Source: Trichinella spiralis (Eukaryota). Taken from it: a stretch of DNA of 64,000 nucleotides. Under the pieces are notes generated by a model, which saw nothing but the letters and a program-made list of their open reading frames with translations, searched no databases and was not told the origin of the DNA. Below are positions 60,608-64,000 of the stretch, piece by piece. Every line of letters starts with the position of its first letter. Positions within the stretch are counted from its first letter, which is position 1. Position numbers and translations under genes: made by a program. The stretch is taken from contig NW_003526943.1 of NCBI RefSeq assembly GCF_000181795.1, forward strand, positions 2,241,666 through 2,305,665, written 5' to 3'.

Positions 60608-62849
60608 TGCAACTGGTAAAACTGAACAAAACGAACACATTAACTCAACGTTCAATTATGCTCATTTAATTTTCGCGCATCGACGAAAATTATCGCTCAA
60701 GCATACAACCGTATGCTTGAGCGTACCACCGGCTGGGATAAACAGTTGTCTGAATAAGAATGCAAAACAAGCTGTCACACTGAACAGAACAAAATGACCA
60801 ACGCAGACAAAATAAAAAGGCACGGCATTTTAGTATGGAACATTTTTCACCGAATGCTACAGTATTTAAAAAAATAACCTGACTATCTGATCAATTGATA
60901 TTACTGTAAATAGATGACAACTCAGTTGTACTGGTTTACATGCAATCCGACTGCAATAGAACTGCGCTAAGTAGAGAAAATCAGGTAACCGGAACACTAA
61001 AAAGTAAACCAAAGCAGTGGAAAATTTGGAATGAATGCAACTGACTAATCAACCGATGGTTGTGATCTTCTTCCGCAATCGATTTATTCTAAAATTCTCT
61101 AAGGGGGTCGAGAAGAAAACTGATTCATTAAGGAAAGAATTGTATTGTTTTTCTTTTTTGTTAATTTATCAACTGAAATAACCGTGCGAGATCACTTTGC
61201 GATGATGATTGTGAACATGAATTATCTATCAATCACACTGTCACAGGCAACATTTCAAAGTAAAGAATCAAGTTTAGAGTAACAGTGATTTGCAATGCAT
61301 AACAGACATGCCAGTGCAGTGCTGACTTACGAACATTCAAAGTTAACTAACGATCAACCAATTCAATCAACATTCCCATTTAAATGTTCATATCTTAGAT
61401 GCTATCAGCGTTAGTAAATAAACGAACGGCCCGAAATATTTATATATTGATTAACAGCCATTTCAGAAGACGTCTGTTGTCAACATACTTACGGCGCTTC
61501 ATTGCTAGCGCTGAATTGGTCTACTCAAGAATCAAGTGACATACAATCGAATACAGTACTGATGTAGAGATAATTAAGATTGAATTGATATTTTTTCTTT
61601 TCCACCGAAAATGTAATGAGCATTTTTCAGTTTTTCGAATTTATTAGTATTTAAGCAAGAAATCAAATTTTAGAACAAAAATTCTTGTAATTTTGTTAAA
61701 CAAAAGCAAAAATTACTGATACTACTACCGATACTAATAATTCATAAACAATAGCCATCTTCTTAGCAATATAGATAAAATAAAGAAAGTAGTCTAAATT
61801 ATTAGAAATTGAAAAATAAAAAGAAAGAATTAATTCGGTTTTCAAGTCGAAATTGATTAATGATAATCAAAAAATCAAAGTTACGTCAGACAAAACTTTA
61901 TAAATAACAATTTATAGGACAAGCAAAATTTCAAAGTCACGATCAATAAGTAGATTAATAATGCTATATTAATCGGTTTGTTTAATTGACTGTTCAAGTT
62001 TATGAATAAAATGAATTGAATGAAACTGCAACAGACGGAAAACAATTAATACTCTCTTGGATCTTTCGAGCACATCACAAATGGAACAGTTAACTCGTCG
62101 TTAATCAATCTCTCTCTGTCTTTCTATTTTATTGCGTAAAGCAATTTAAATAATTTTACAATTTTTATTGTTTTATTCAAGTTTAAATTCAACCAGCATA
62201 CAACTCTTTCATTGATGAATAATATTAATATAATCATAATCATAATTAATTCATTATTTTTCAAGAGCACCCTTTCATTTTTATCAATGGGCAACTGAAA
62301 GAAAAGATAATAATAATAACAGATTAATCATTTGAATCGAAATAAAAATGCACCGTTCATTAATGTTCAATAATTTATCAGTTATTAAGTAAAATTGAAA
62401 TCAAACACAATCAAATGTCAATCAAATAACACTTTACTGGTGTAAACATGACAGAGCACAACAAAAATCCAATTCAACGAAGTACTTTTTTTTCTAAACA
62501 AGCACACAAAAGAGAAAACTGTGCCCAAAACTGTAATTGGTTTGGTTTACGCAGCTAATAACGAGCACGACGACGAACTCATCATCACAGCTGCACGCTC
62601 TTTCTTTTTAATAATAATAATATTTAATATGTATTTTCTTTTTTCGACGAGCCACCAAAGCGCTTATTCATGAAAAAAAGAAAGAATAGAACAAACAACA
62701 CCGGTTGCACGTCGTGTGAAAAAATTTAAAGTTGGTCAGGCTATTATTATTATATGGATGGGATGCATGTTATATATACGTGGGAGGAAAAATCACAACA
62801 GCTCAGTATGGTGTATAGGTGAAAGAAGAAAGAAAGAGCGCTTAAATAA

Positions 62850-64000
62850 TGTAGATATTAAAGTAAAACGACTAAACAAACAAATTTAACATCTAAGATG
62901 AAAATCAACAAGCAGAAAAGAACAGTCCGAAAAGAAATACAATCAACCGATCAAAACGTACAGCAAGAGAGAAAAAGGGAGAGAGAGAGAGAAAGTAACG
63001 AAGGAACAATAAATAAATTTTCACGCATACATACATATTACATTCATACATACGAAGACAACATGTTATACATCCATTTATATTAGTGATAACACCGTGG
63101 GAAATTTGAAAAAGAAAACAAAACATTAATATAAATAAATAGTAAACATTTTCTTTCAACAAAGTCCGCTTATAAAATTAATAAATAGAAAGATGGAAGA
63201 AGAAAAAGAAACACAAATTGAAGAAAATAATAACCGAAAGCTCGTAATCAGATGATCTGCTGTTTGTTCACACACATTTACGCAATAAGCGAGCTTGTTT
63301 TTTCACTTTCACAACCCGGTGTTGTAGTAGTATACTGCAGGCCGAAACGAACGAACGAACGAACAAAAAAACAAACAAACAAACAATCTTCGCCCACGAC
63401 AAGTCTCATAGTTGAAAAAAAATAAAAATGCAAATTTAAATTAAAAAATTTTCTTCAAAACAACATAATTGGTGTGCGTGCATGAATGGAATGAGAAGGG
63501 TATTTTCAATTTTTTTTAAATATACACATAAAAAACACTATCATCAGATGTGTTTTCTTCAAATAACGAATAAGAGAAAAGTTTTCACAAAAATAGAAAA
63601 ACAAACGTAAATTATAATCAAGAAGAAGCTTGCTGTGAATTAGCGTGACGAAGCAACGAGCATCACGGGATCTGAGATGAGAACACATTTTTCACGACAA
63701 CAAAAAAGAAATTCGAGCTCTCTACCAAGAAAAAGCATCGCTAACGACAAACAAACAAACAAACAAACAAAAACAAACAGAACAAATTATAATTAAATAA
63801 TTTTCTTTCAACTGTTCCCTCTCAGCAGTTTTCGGACGTGGGTATGAAAAACTTTGCAATCAAGCCAACACACTACTATTACTACTACTGCTACCAACTG
63901 TTTTTGTTCAAATTTCAATTTAATTTTAATTAATTAATTAATTAATTAGTTGCAAACACAACTCTCTCGTCACTCACTCACCCACACTCTAGTGTCGACT
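62850..64000. repeat. Microsatellite-rich non-coding region: (AAAC)n, (GAAC)n, (GA)n, (CTA)n, (TAAT)n
   Basis: Short tandem tracts at ~62977-62991, 63346-63385, 63747-63779, 63873-63893 and 63927-63947. No convincing exon. Confidence 0.6.

Noticed and set aside
1..64000. tRNA, rRNA or CRISPR arrays
   Set aside because: None recognised by eye and the DNA is eukaryotic. A tRNAscan-SE or Infernal run would be needed to exclude small RNAs.

Overview
AT-rich eukaryotic genomic DNA with many short (~50-80 bp) GT-AG introns. An MSP gene, FLYWCH-type Mutator fragments and the intron style point to a nematode, probably a clade I parasite such as Trichinella (inference). Conserved genes flank the window: the 3' part of a furry/sax-2 homolog (1-10925, +) on the left; BRCA2 (47970-52532, +), beta-ketoacyl-ACP synthase OXSM (-) and acetyl-CoA synthetase (-) on the right. 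Between them is a ~36 kb transposon-rich island containing a 3-exon gene for an 80-aa secreted twin-CX3C miniprotein that the ORF track misses, FLYWCH/MULE relics, an MSP-domain gene, a NIPA transporter, a BEL/Pao relic, two tandem divergent actins, an orphan third copy of the actin promoter, a Buster-type hAT element with a nested piggyBac, a DDX19/Dbp5-like helicase with a broken motif VI, a foldback-like piggyBac with a duplicated 3' end, and a two-LTR Gypsy element in the 3' flank of actin 2. There is an assembly gap and N-rich low-quality sequence at ~14657-15930. All exon structures were worked out by eye and are unverified predictions.
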